A DNA stretch of 64,000 bases from an uncultured Pseudomonadota bacterium (lineage in GTDB: Bacteria; Pseudomonadota; Alphaproteobacteria; RF32; CAG-239): positions 4,546-68,545 of the forward strand of contig CASEZG010000005.1 of assembly GCA_949292375.1 (NCBI GenBank). The letters run 5' to 3'. A model generated the notes under the pieces. It was not told the DNA's origin. It saw nothing but the letters and a program-made list of their open reading frames with translations, and searched no databases. The position numbers and the translations under genes were made by a program. Each line of letters opens with the position of its first letter. The stretch's first letter is position 1. Positions 55,394-64,000 of the stretch are shown here, piece by piece.

Positions 55394-55521
55394 TTCGCCA
55401 AGCACAAAAAAGTAAAAAAAATATTAACAAAAAATTGACAAATTAGAAAAATTGAGTATATTTAAGACAAAATAATCTAAAAATAACTTTTTATATTAAC
55501 CTTTGAGAAGAGAGATACATT

Positions 55522-56271
55522 ATGAAAAAAGCTCTTATTACCCTTGTCGCTCTTTTAGCGACAGCTTGCTCATCCAACCGCGAAGAACCTACAGTAATCT
55601 ATCGTGGCTACGATGATGCTGGTTGCAACTACTACAATGGTGTTTGCCACCGCACAGCCAAAAAATATGTTGTAGAATCTGCTGACAATGAAGTTCGCAC
55701 GGTTCGCCCGACAACAACAATCGTTAAAACTGGTGAATATAAACATTGTTCAGACACCATTTGGGGTGATCCCGTACCTGCACCGAAATATGTTGCCAGC
55801 GGTCCGAAAGTCATTACCGAACAACAGCCTGTTCAAGTTCGTCGTGTTCAATATGTTCGCCGCATTCCGGCTGTAGAATACGTTCAACAACCGACTGTTC
55901 AATATGTTCAACCCGTTGCACAACCGGTTGCTCAACCTGTAGCTGTTCAACAACCATGCAATGGTTGCCAACCCACCATCACTCAAACTCGTGAACCGGT
56001 AGAAGTTTTGTTCAAGAAGACAACAACCAAAACCGTTTACGAACCCAAAACCACACAGGAAGTAAGCTATGAGAAGGAACCCTACACAGGTCAACTTCCT
56101 TGCACAGATTGCGTTGTTCCGGCTCAAGCTCCGGCTCCTGTCGCAACTCAGGTCGTTGCTCCGACTTTAACTGTTCCGGCATCAACTGTCGTAACCGTTC
56201 AAGCTCCGGCTCCCATGCCTGAAGCTCCGCTCTATACCGAAATTACGATGGATGCGGATGAAATTAAATAA
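55522..56271 (+). CDS. Lipoprotein with Pro/Val/Gln-rich repeats
   Basis: Lipobox LLATAC. The centre is repetitive (VQYVRRIPAVEYVQQPTVQYVQPVAQPVAQPVAVQQP) and the C-terminus is AP-rich. Confidence 0.65.
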   Translation: MKKALITLVALLATACSSNREEPTVIYRGYDDAGCNYYNGVCHRTAKKYVVESADNEVRTVRPTTTIVKTGEYKHCSDTIWGDPVPAPKYVASGPKVITEQQPVQVRRVQYVRRIPAVEYVQQPTVQYVQPVAQPVAQPVAVQQPCNGCQPTITQTREPVEVLFKKTTTKTVYEPKTTQEVSYEKEPYTGQLPCTDCVVPAQAPAPVATQVVAPTLTVPASTVVTVQAPAPMPEAPLYTEITMDADEIK

Positions 56272-56305
56272 TTAAAATCAAATATCCTTAAATTAGTAAA
56301 ACCTC

Positions 56306-56343
56306 AACAGGCACTTTTCCCCAAAAGTGCCTGTTATTTTTAT
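56306..56343 (+). terminator. Rho-independent terminator
   Basis: 13-bp stem aacaggcactttt (56306-56318) pairs with aaaagtgcctgtt (56323-56335), followed by atttttatt. Confidence 0.7.
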
Positions 56344-56369
56344 TAGTTGCCTTACAGAAAACCCCGAGT

Positions 56370-57194
56370 TTACTCGGGGCTGAATGCCAAGGTGTTGGAA
56401 CAACACCGCTCCACGCCAACGAGCGTGGTCAAACCATTCGGCTCCATTTTCTTAATCTTAATCAGTCTACTCGGACGGATAACCAGAATCTCCCCCTTTC
56501 GCGAAGCCTGTTCAATCTCTTCTAGCTCTTGATTATACATCAAATGTCTGTTCTTAATCGCCGCCACAAACTTCGGATATTTTCTATAAACCACTTTTGC
56601 CAACCAAGCCATATGTGTTGGCTTTTTCCGATACCCCAAGGGGCGTGTTTGCACCACGATATTTTTTTCAAAACCGAGTTTATAAGCTGCCTGAAGCGGT
56701 ATACTGTCCGCAATTCCGCCGTCCAAAAGCTTCATCCCGCCTTTTTCAACAATCTGGGATACCAAAGGCATTGATGCGGAAGCCCGCAAAAAATCAATAT
56801 CCTTAAACATATCCTTACACCAAACATACTCCGGAGCACCTGTTTCAACATTGGTACAAACGGCATAGAATTTAGTTGCGGATTTTTTAAAAGTTTCATT
56901 ATCAAAGGGGTCTAAAATTTCGGGTAAGTCATGATAACAAAATTGCGTATCCACCATATTTCCTGATAACAATAGCGACCGAAAACTCATAAAACGATAA
57001 TCATTACCATATTTTAGATTATATCGAATGCTTCGTCCCACTTGCTTGGCAACATAAGAACATCCATGAATAGCTCCGGCGGAAACACCTAAAACACCAT
57101 CTGTCATAACATCGTTTTCTAACAAAACATCCAACACGCCGGCGGTATAAATCCCGCGCTTTGCCCCACCTTCCAGCACCAAACTTGTTTTCAT
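56370..57194 (-). CDS. Patatin-like phospholipase
   Basis: Oxyanion motif GGAKRG, nucleophile GVSAGA (GxSxG), and a catalytic Asp in LDGG. A hairpin at 56362-56379 overlaps the stop codon. Confidence 0.85.
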   Translation of the reverse strand: MKTSLVLEGGAKRGIYTAGVLDVLLENDVMTDGVLGVSAGAIHGCSYVAKQVGRSIRYNLKYGNDYRFMSFRSLLLSGNMVDTQFCYHDLPEILDPFDNETFKKSATKFYAVCTNVETGAPEYVWCKDMFKDIDFLRASASMPLVSQIVEKGGMKLLDGGIADSIPLQAAYKLGFEKNIVVQTRPLGYRKKPTHMAWLAKVVYRKYPKFVAAIKNRHLMYNQELEEIEQASRKGEILVIRPSRLIKIKKMEPNGLTTLVGVERCCSNTLAFSPE

Positions 57195-57206
57195 CTTGTC
57201 CGCTCC

Positions 57207-59561
57207 TTATATCAAGCTTCCTATTGAATATACACCAAAGGCCACAAACCAAGCCACAACACATTGCAACACCACAATCATAAAGGCATAAGCTGTGCCC
57301 AACTCTTTTTTAACTGTTGCAATCGCTGCCACACAAGGCGTATAAAGAAGCGAAAAGACCAGAAAAGCAAAAGCACTCAAAGGTGTTAAGATACTCGGCA
57401 AAAGTTCAATTTGACCGCCAAGTAACACACTTATGGTACTGACCACGCTTTCCTTTGCGGCAAAGCCGGTCAAAAAGGCCGTAGACAGACGCCAATCGCC
57501 GATACCCAAAGGCTCAAAAACCGGCACCAACAAGCTTCCGATACTGCACAAAATACTGTTTGCCGAATTTTCCACCACATTCAACCTGCTATCAAAAGTC
57601 TGCAAAAACCAAATAATGATTGTTGCCATAAAGATTATTGTAAAGGCTTTGGTAATAAAATATTTAGCCTTATAATAAATCAGCCGCCACACATTTTTAA
57701 GCCCCGGCATTCTGTAGTTCGGCAGCTCCATCACAAAGGGTACCGCCTCACCGCGAAAAGCCGTCAATTTAAGCAATAAAGCCAAAGCCAAACCCACCCA
57801 AATTCCCAAGATATAAAGACTGATAATAACCAATGTCTGGTGTTGGTTAAAGAATGCCGCCGTCAACAAAACATAAATCGGTAACTTAGCCGAACAACTC
57901 ATAAACGGGATAAGCATAATTGTAAGTTTTCTGTCTCTTTCAGAAGGGAGCGTACGCGCCGCCATAATCGCCGGCACCGAGCAGCCGAAACCAAGCAGCA
58001 TCGGCACAAAGCTCCGACCTGATAATCCGGCCTTACGCAAAAGTTTATCCATCACAAAAGCCACTCTGGCCATATAACCGCTGTCTTCCAACATTGAGAG
58101 AAAGAAAAACAACACAACGATGATGGGCAAAAAGCTCAAAACACTACCCACACCGGAAATCACACCGTCAACCAACAAAGAGATAACAACGGGGTTCATT
58201 TGATAATTGATAAGCCCCTGCTCCACCCAAGAGCTAAAACAAGCTATGCCTGCTTCAGTCAGCTCAGAAAGCCAAGCCCCGAAAGGACCAAAAGAAACAT
58301 AAAAAACCAAAGCCATAATCAGCAAGAACACCGGCAAAGCCGTAAATTTTCCGGTCAAGACTTTATCCAAAGCAAGGCTGCGCAAACGCTCTCGGCTTTC
58401 CACCGGTTTACGCACACATTCAGCACAAAGTTTTTCAATAAAGGCAAAACGCATATCCGCCATTGCGGCTTCGCGGTCAGACTTGCTTTCATCTTCCATC
58501 TGCCAAACCAAATGCTCCAAAGCATCAACTTCATTGGTTGTCAGGTTTAACAAATTCAATACCGGTTGGTCACCTTCCGCAAGCTTGGCTGCGGCAAAAC
58601 GCACCGGCACACCGGCAGCTTTGGCATGGTCTTCAATCAAATGCGCAATAGCGTGAATACAACGGTGCACCGCACCCTCATCACGCCCTTCATAATTACA
58701 AAAATCAACCTTTTCCGGCAATTCACGATATCTTGCCACATTAACCGCATGCTCAGCCAACTCGTCAATACCCTCATTTTTAATTGCGGATATCGGAATA
58801 ACCGGCACCCCAAGCAAATGCTCCATACGGTTAATATCAATCGCTCCGCCGTTAAGCTTCACCTCATCCATCATATTAAGCGCAATCACCATCGGAATAT
58901 TCAAATCCAATAGCTGCAAAGTCAAAAACAAATTGCGCTCAATGTTAGAGGCATCAATAATATTAATAATAGCCTCCGGCTTTTCATTAAGCAAAAAATC
59001 TCTGGTAACCATTTCTTCGTTAGAATAAGGCGACAAAGAATAAATCCCCGGCAAATCAGTAACAGATACGCGTGAAAACTTCCGAACTTCGCCATCCGTT
59101 CGGTCAACCGTAACCCCAGGAAAATTTCCTACATGCTGGTTTGAACCAGTCAACTGATTAAACAAAGTCGTCTTGCCACAGTTTTGGTTACCGATTAAAG
59201 CTAACCGAATTTTCTGGTTAGCGGGAATAACTTCCCCGCAACGCCTCATTTTCAAATCCTGAGTTTCACCTTTGCGTGGTGAGAGCGGTACTTTCAGATT
59301 TGGCAAATCAATTGGACAACTTTCTGCCTTGTGTACATCCATAATCTCAATCTCGGCCGCGTCTTTCTTACGCAAAGTCAGCTCATAACCACGAACCTTA
59401 ATCTCCAATGGGTCGCCCAAAGGCGCGGCCTTAACCATCAAAACTTCGGTTTTAGGAGTCAAACCCATTTCTAAAATATGCCGCCTAAGCTTTGCATCTT
59501 TACCGCGCACAGCAGCAATAACAGCGGTCATCCCTGGCTTCAACTTGTTTAACGTAAGCAT
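57207..59561 (-). CDS. feoB: Ferrous iron transporter, FeoA-FeoB fusion
   Basis: N-terminal FeoA SH3-like domain (LNKLKPGMTAVIAAVRG...GDPLEIKVRGYELTLRK), then the FeoB G-domain (IALIGNQNCGKTTLFNQLTG, DLPGIYSL) and a polytopic permease. The start is taken at the ATG with GAGG 9 nt upstream; the ORF stays open up to 59624. Confidence 0.88.
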   Translation of the reverse strand: MLTLNKLKPGMTAVIAAVRGKDAKLRRHILEMGLTPKTEVLMVKAAPLGDPLEIKVRGYELTLRKKDAAEIEIMDVHKAESCPIDLPNLKVPLSPRKGETQDLKMRRCGEVIPANQKIRLALIGNQNCGKTTLFNQLTGSNQHVGNFPGVTVDRTDGEVRKFSRVSVTDLPGIYSLSPYSNEEMVTRDFLLNEKPEAIINIIDASNIERNLFLTLQLLDLNIPMVIALNMMDEVKLNGGAIDINRMEHLLGVPVIPISAIKNEGIDELAEHAVNVARYRELPEKVDFCNYEGRDEGAVHRCIHAIAHLIEDHAKAAGVPVRFAAAKLAEGDQPVLNLLNLTTNEVDALEHLVWQMEDESKSDREAAMADMRFAFIEKLCAECVRKPVESRERLRSLALDKVLTGKFTALPVFLLIMALVFYVSFGPFGAWLSELTEAGIACFSSWVEQGLINYQMNPVVISLLVDGVISGVGSVLSFLPIIVVLFFFLSMLEDSGYMARVAFVMDKLLRKAGLSGRSFVPMLLGFGCSVPAIMAARTLPSERDRKLTIMLIPFMSCSAKLPIYVLLTAAFFNQHQTLVIISLYILGIWVGLALALLLKLTAFRGEAVPFVMELPNYRMPGLKNVWRLIYYKAKYFITKAFTIIFMATIIIWFLQTFDSRLNVVENSANSILCSIGSLLVPVFEPLGIGDWRLSTAFLTGFAAKESVVSTISVLLGGQIELLPSILTPLSAFAFLVFSLLYTPCVAAIATVKKELGTAYAFMIVVLQCVVAWFVAFGVYSIGSLI

Positions 59562-59725
59562 TTTTAACATCCTCAATTTGACCAACTTTTTTCTATAGTT
59601 ATGCAAACTTTTGCTAAGATTCAATTAAAAAAAATTATAAAAATCAACCAGAATTCCAAACCGCTTGACAAGTAACACAAAGCCTCAAATAATAAACCCA
59701 AACTAATAACCTTAAGAGGTCAAAA

Positions 59726-60091
59726 ATGAAAATATTGCTTTCCTGCCTATTTTCTGCCATTTTTTTCATAACCGCCTGCCACAAAACTCCAACTTCAGAA
59801 CCGAACAATCTCTTTGTCGGTAACTGGATTGAAGTTATGCCTGTAAACAAACACATCACTCAAGGTATTAGCCTAAAAGAGAACGGACAAGCTTCGTCAA
59901 TTGGTATGGCAACACTCAAATATGAAACATGGCAGGTCAAAGACGGAAAAATCACCTTCACAGGCAAAAGCATAGGCAACCATCAAACCATAGATTTTAC
60001 CGATATTTTAGACATTGTCGAAATTACACCTGACACGTTAATTCTGCAAAAATATGGAGCCTATCAAATCCACTACACCCGCCAAAAATAA
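59726..60091 (+). CDS. Small lipoprotein (lipocalin-like, tentative)
   Basis: Lipobox FITAC. 121 aa and beta-rich. Confidence 0.55.
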   Translation: MKILLSCLFSAIFFITACHKTPTSEPNNLFVGNWIEVMPVNKHITQGISLKENGQASSIGMATLKYETWQVKDGKITFTGKSIGNHQTIDFTDILDIVEITPDTLILQKYGAYQIHYTRQK

Positions 60092-60115
60092 CTCCAATTT
60101 TTAGGAAATCCGCTT

Positions 60116-60763
60116 ATGCAACAATTTTTTCAATCCAAAAATTCCAATACACTGATTATCTTCTTCGCCGGTTGGGGCTGCGATGAAAACCAATTCACCA
60201 ACTTGCATGACAACGAAGATGTGCTCATCTTGTATGATTACCAAAATCTTGATTTAAACTTTGACTTTTCCCAATATCGCCACATAGACTTAATCGCCTA
60301 TTCCGCCGGCGTATTCATCGCCTCCATAATGCAAGACAAAATCCCCAATTTGCGGCAAAAAATCGCTGTCTGCGGCAATCCTTATTTAATGGATGAAAAA
60401 CTTGGGCTTTCTGCCGCTACCATAGAAATTTTTAAGACCATAGATTTAGACAACTTTCTTGAATTTCGTCGCCAATATATGGTTGACAATGAAGGGGAAT
60501 TTCAAAAATACAACAATCTGCAATCTCTTCGCAGCCTTGAGAGTTGCCAAAACGAGCTCACCTGCTTGCAAAAAATATATCAGGAGCACAAAGACGAAAT
60601 CAATCCCAATTTTGACCTTGCCTTAATGGCAGAAAAAGATGTTTTGTTTAAGCTCAAAAGACAAAAGGAGTTTTATCAGGATAAATTACGCATCATCCCA
60701 CATGCCCGCCACCACGTCTTTTTCAACTTCAATAGCTTCCGTGAAATCTTAAATACTAAGTAA
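60116..60763 (+). CDS. bioG: Pimeloyl-ACP methyl ester esterase BioG (DUF452 family)
   Basis: LIIFFAGWGCDENQF and YDYQNLDLNFDFSQYRHIDLIAYSAGVFIAS closely resemble my recollection of the BioG/DUF452 signature (ILYFAGWG ... YDYQDLNLDFDLSAYRHIRLVAWSMGV). Confidence 0.6.
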   Translation: MQQFFQSKNSNTLIIFFAGWGCDENQFTNLHDNEDVLILYDYQNLDLNFDFSQYRHIDLIAYSAGVFIASIMQDKIPNLRQKIAVCGNPYLMDEKLGLSAATIEIFKTIDLDNFLEFRRQYMVDNEGEFQKYNNLQSLRSLESCQNELTCLQKIYQEHKDEINPNFDLALMAEKDVLFKLKRQKEFYQDKLRIIPHARHHVFFNFNSFREILNTK

Positions 60764-60772
60764 GGAACGACA

Positions 60773-61096
60773 ATGCACAAAATTATCATTCTATTTCTTT
60801 TCCTCTTACCCGCTTGCTCCACCTTAGAGAATAGCAAAGAAGTATCTGGAACTCTGCGTATAGGACACGAAGTCCGCTCTTTTACGGATAATACGGATAA
60901 TAAAGAATATTGGGTTATAGATAAAACAGGAAATCTGACAAAAGCATATAACGAGACCATAAAGCCCCAAATCGCCAAATATCAACCCCTTCAGGCACGG
61001 TTGAAAGTAAAAGAACTCGGCAAACTTCAAGAAGGCTTTGCCGCCGAATACGACGGCACCTATGAGGTCCAAGAAATCATCTCAATCCATCAATAA
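60773..61096 (+). CDS. Small lipoprotein
   Basis: Lipobox LLPAC. 107 aa. Confidence 0.55.
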   Translation: MHKIIILFLFLLPACSTLENSKEVSGTLRIGHEVRSFTDNTDNKEYWVIDKTGNLTKAYNETIKPQIAKYQPLQARLKVKELGKLQEGFAAEYDGTYEVQEIISIHQ

Positions 61097-61475
61097 CATA
61101 GAAAATTCTATAAGAAATAAAGTGGCTTTGGATGGACGGTGCTTCTCATCATCGGCACATGAATACGTCATGCTTCGCAGCTCACCGATTTTCTGCATTT
61201 CAAAGCCACTCTTTTTATATAAGATTTGTCCCCATATAAAAACATATCAGATTGACAAATAACCTTAATGATATGTCTTATACAATTATCACAACCTTTT
61301 ATAAACGTCAATAGAACATAAAATTTTATTCTTAAAATAACTTATTAGAAATTTTATATTTCATAATGAGTCCTTATTTTGCAAGACCTTTAACAACGAA
61401 TCCGTTGATGGTTAAAAATAAAGCCATTATAATTTACATAAAATATTGTGTAATTATAATAACTTGGAGAGCATT

Positions 61476-62060
61476 ATGGGTATAGGAAAACAAGCAAAAA
61501 TATTAAACGCTAAGCAACAAACCATGGTCTTAGCCTATTTGGAAAATACCAGATATCCGCTCAGAAACAAAATAATGTTTTTACTAAGCTTCAAAGCCGG
61601 TTTAAGAGCTAAGGAAATATCCCAACTCACATGGTCGATAGTTTGTGATGGCGAAGGTTATATATCCGACTGCATTAATTTACCAAATAACGCTTCAAAA
61701 GGTAAATATTCAGGTCGGATTATACAGATACATAAAGACTTAAAAAAGTTGCTGACAAACTTAAAACAAGAAAATACAAGTCTGTCTTCATATATCATCA
61801 CCACCGAAAGAGATAAGAAAATATCTGCTCAAGCAATCGTTAATTTCTTTTATTTACTGTATAAGGGACTGAATATGGATGGATGCTCATCTCATAGCGG
61901 CAGAAGAACTTTTATTACCCAAGCTGCGAAAATGATTAGCCAAGCCGGAGGCTCAATAAACGATGTCAGACAGCTTGCCGGACACTCAAGCCTAGCCACA
62001 ACACAACGATATATTGAGTATAATACCGAAGCTCATAAAAAAATAATTGAAATGATATGA
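61476..62060 (+). CDS. Short tyrosine recombinase/integrase (catalytic domain only)
   Basis: The ATG at 61476 has GGAGAG upstream. The catalytic residue pattern is R (GLRAKE), HSGRRTF (HxxR) and LAGHSSLATTQRYIE (H...Y). At 194 aa it lacks an N-terminal SAM-like DNA-binding domain. Confidence 0.75.
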   Translation: MGIGKQAKILNAKQQTMVLAYLENTRYPLRNKIMFLLSFKAGLRAKEISQLTWSIVCDGEGYISDCINLPNNASKGKYSGRIIQIHKDLKKLLTNLKQENTSLSSYIITTERDKKISAQAIVNFFYLLYKGLNMDGCSSHSGRRTFITQAAKMISQAGGSINDVRQLAGHSSLATTQRYIEYNTEAHKKIIEMI

Positions 62061-62125
62061 ACTGAAATACGTCATATTTTGTCGTGGGATGTTGCTATAT
62101 TAAATAATAAACCGAAGAGGCCCCG

Positions 62126-63232
62126 ATGACTGAAAAACATTTATATAAGGATTTATATACCCGCAAATGGATAAAAGTTTACCGTCAAAGTCAAGCAAAC
62201 GGCGATTATTGTTGCTGTCTGGAATTTACTTTGCCCTTTTTTTATTATGTAAAAATTACCCTTGCAAAGCATATTCGTATAACTATTGGTAAAAACAAAT
62301 TAGAGCGAGAAAGTAACCTGCTATCACGAGCTGCCATTTCACGAATTTTGAAGCTTTTACCCAGAAACAAGTCGCACTCTCCTGAATATATCTCGATTCT
62401 GCTTAAACATAAGCAATACGACTTGCTTAATTATATGTATAATCTTGCCTCATTTGTGCCGGAAGACTTGAAAGAATATGTAAATCAGTATGGTTTTAAA
62501 GAATTTTGCCAGAAACACACATTTGATAAAAAGCTGTTTGATAACTTCTACAATGCCATAATCAAAAGCGATGCAGAGGTAGAAAATTGGGCAAATTTAA
62601 CAGCAGATAACCCAAATATTGCCGATTATGCTAAAAACAAACTGTTAAATTTAAGAGAATGCCGAATAAAACATCTACAAAGCCAATATAACTTTAATCT
62701 GGAAAATATTGAGGACTATTGGTCTAACGGTAAATATTGGTGCATAAAAAGGAGTTTTGAATATTTAGGCAAAGCTTATTCTTGGCAGACAATTATTGAT
62801 TATCAAGGCAAGGAAATAATCCATTTTGCCAATAAGTCGGTCGAAGACATAACTCCCAACGGAAAAGTCATATTTAGAGATGAAGATGGTAAATACGGAG
62901 TTAAAGGTCTGCCCGATAAAAGTACTAATATTTCTACAGGAGCAAGAAACCAAGAAGAGCTTAAACCGATTACTCGCCATAACCATTGGGGATATATGGA
63001 TAACAACGGAAAAATCGTTATTCCGATAATTTTTGATAAGGTCGGACAATTTTATAATGGACAAGCTTTTGTTGCAGTAAACAACCAATATTGCATTATT
63101 GACACTTCCGGTAAACAGGTTAATACCGATAGTATCACTCTTAAACTTCCCCAAACTTTAGATAACAAAGAAGCAACCAAGCTCTTCCAAAAATTCCTTC
63201 GGAAATATCTGATTGTTTTTGATAATATATAA
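62126..63232 (+). CDS. Hypothetical protein with C-terminal WG-containing (KWG-like) beta repeats
   Basis: HWGYMDNNGKIVIPIIFDKVGQFYNGQAFVAVNNQYCIIDTSGKQV fits the WG repeat pattern. I do not recognise the N-terminal 220 aa. Confidence 0.5.
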   Translation: MTEKHLYKDLYTRKWIKVYRQSQANGDYCCCLEFTLPFFYYVKITLAKHIRITIGKNKLERESNLLSRAAISRILKLLPRNKSHSPEYISILLKHKQYDLLNYMYNLASFVPEDLKEYVNQYGFKEFCQKHTFDKKLFDNFYNAIIKSDAEVENWANLTADNPNIADYAKNKLLNLRECRIKHLQSQYNFNLENIEDYWSNGKYWCIKRSFEYLGKAYSWQTIIDYQGKEIIHFANKSVEDITPNGKVIFRDEDGKYGVKGLPDKSTNISTGARNQEELKPITRHNHWGYMDNNGKIVIPIIFDKVGQFYNGQAFVAVNNQYCIIDTSGKQVNTDSITLKLPQTLDNKEATKLFQKFLRKYLIVFDNI

Positions 63233-63336
63233 AAATAATGGGGGCAATAAATCACCCCCTCATCTTGCGGCATATAGCCTTATTATATATGTATTGACCG
63301 TCTAATTAATCTCTGAAAAAATCAAAACATATATCA
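63231..63336 (-). ncRNA. Candidate tracrRNA, divergent from cas9
   Basis: A minus-strand promoter: TTGACA (reverse complement of 63367-63372), N18, TATAGT (reverse complement of 63343-63348). The predicted ~105-nt RNA ends ...CAAUACAUAUAUAAUAAGGCUAUAUGCCGCAAGAUGAGGGGGUGAUUUAUUGCCCCCAUUAUUUUU. It contains a nexus-like AAGGC-loop-GCC element followed by a GC hairpin and a U-run. Confidence 0.4.
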
Positions 63337-63431
63337 CCTACAACTATAAGAATATTTTGATTGAAATGTCAAGAATAATATTATAAGTTGTTCTGTATAT
63401 AATTTTTCAACAGATATATAAGGGGTTGTCT

Positions 63432-64000
63432 ATGAAATATCGTCTTGGTTTAGATTTAGGTGTAGGTTCAATCGGTAGCGCAGTTGTTGAATTAGATGAA
63501 CAAAACAACCCAAAAAATATCGTAGATGCAGGTGTAAGGATTTTTAATGTTTCTGAAGGAGCCGAGGAAAGAAGGCTCAAAAGAACAATGAGAAAAAATC
63601 AAGTTCGCACCCGAAAAAGATTAGAGCTGCTGGCTCAAAAACTTTTTGAAAATAATCTTTGGGTAAATGAGACCCCGGAAGGAACAGATAAACTAAGAAC
63701 AAAGTCTCCTTACAAAATTCGTTTTGATGCGCTTGACGGAAAGCTTTCTAATCCCAATTATATCGGACGTGCTATTTTACATATGGCCAAACATCGCGGA
63801 GCTGGCTTCGTGTCTGCCTCCGAGGACTTACAAGAAGAAGTTTTAGAAGAAGGAGAAAAAACAAAAGTCAAAAAATCAGCTTATGATATGATGTCAGAGC
63901 ATTTAAAAGAAACTCATTCCAGAACATTAGGTGAATTTTTTTATAAAAGGATTTGCGAAGGCTATGAAAAAAATGAAAAAGGTGAAAAAATAAATCCAGA
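63432..64000 (+). CDS. cas9: Cas9 (type II, II-C-like N-terminus), 3'-truncated by the window edge
   Basis: This ORF is not in the track because it is open-ended. ATG at 63432. The RuvC-I motif is YRLGLDLGVGSIGSAVV, followed by an Arg-rich bridge helix (RRLKRTMRKNQVRTRKRL). The frame stays open to base 64000. Confidence 0.85.
   Translation, partial: MKYRLGLDLGVGSIGSAVVELDEQNNPKNIVDAGVRIFNVSEGAEERRLKRTMRKNQVRTRKRLELLAQKLFENNLWVNETPEGTDKLRTKSPYKIRFDALDGKLSNPNYIGRAILHMAKHRGAGFVSASEDLQEEVLEEGEKTKVKKSAYDMMSEHLKETHSRTLGEFFYKRICEGYEKNEKGEKINP

Noticed and set aside
61038-61262. A 74-aa plus-strand ORF that overlaps the end of the lipoprotein gene and the long-range hairpin.
   Set aside because: It has no RBS, overlaps the preceding CDS, and spans a strongly structured, terminator-like region. 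This region is more likely non-coding.

Overview
The window is 64 kb of chromosomal DNA at roughly 38-40% GC (estimated by eye). It is densely coding, and I call about 60 CDS, 2 tRNAs and 1 candidate small RNA.

Lineage. The gene content points to a flagellated, anaerobic alphaproteobacterium.
- Alphaproteobacterial markers are MipZ, a CckA-like hybrid kinase next to HdaA, the rluD-rpoH pair, and a GAAC-N7-GAAC SOS box.
- Markers of an anaerobic lifestyle are PFOR (cut by the window start), a flavin-reductase/rubredoxin fusion and a FeoA-FeoB fusion.

Housekeeping genes. These include M29 and M17 aminopeptidases, Sua5/TsaC, Pgm, a PBP5-type carboxypeptidase with a SPOR domain, fliQ-fliR-flhB, eptA, and a TetR-regulated RND pump. 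There are also an LD-carboxypeptidase, a porin, a GT2 glycosyltransferase, a HAD hydrolase, a patatin-like lipase and BioG.

Most interesting parts.
1. 17.2-25.4 kb: a same-strand block of eight genes built around an orphan VirD4/TraG-type coupling protein. It is flanked by repeat-rich or disordered proteins and membrane proteins that I cannot place in any family.
2. Two paralogous pairs of a colicin-DNase-like HNH protein and a SUKH-type immunity protein, at 7.5-9.7 kb and 24.4-25.4 kb. The second pair sits directly after the coupling protein and has lost the general-base His.
3. 47.6-49.3 kb: an SOS-box-preceded umuDC operon. Its UmuD starts at the position of the RecA-mediated cleavage site (a native UmuD') and has lost the Ser/Lys catalytic dyad.
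4. 54.1-54.6 kb: a tRNA-Pro locus with three or four nested copies of its own 3' end.
5. 61.3-64 kb: a lower-GC segment with a short tyrosine recombinase, a WG-repeat protein, a candidate minus-strand tracrRNA and the 5' end of a type II cas9 that runs off the window.

Limits. All family calls rest on motifs I recognise by eye. No database search was run.
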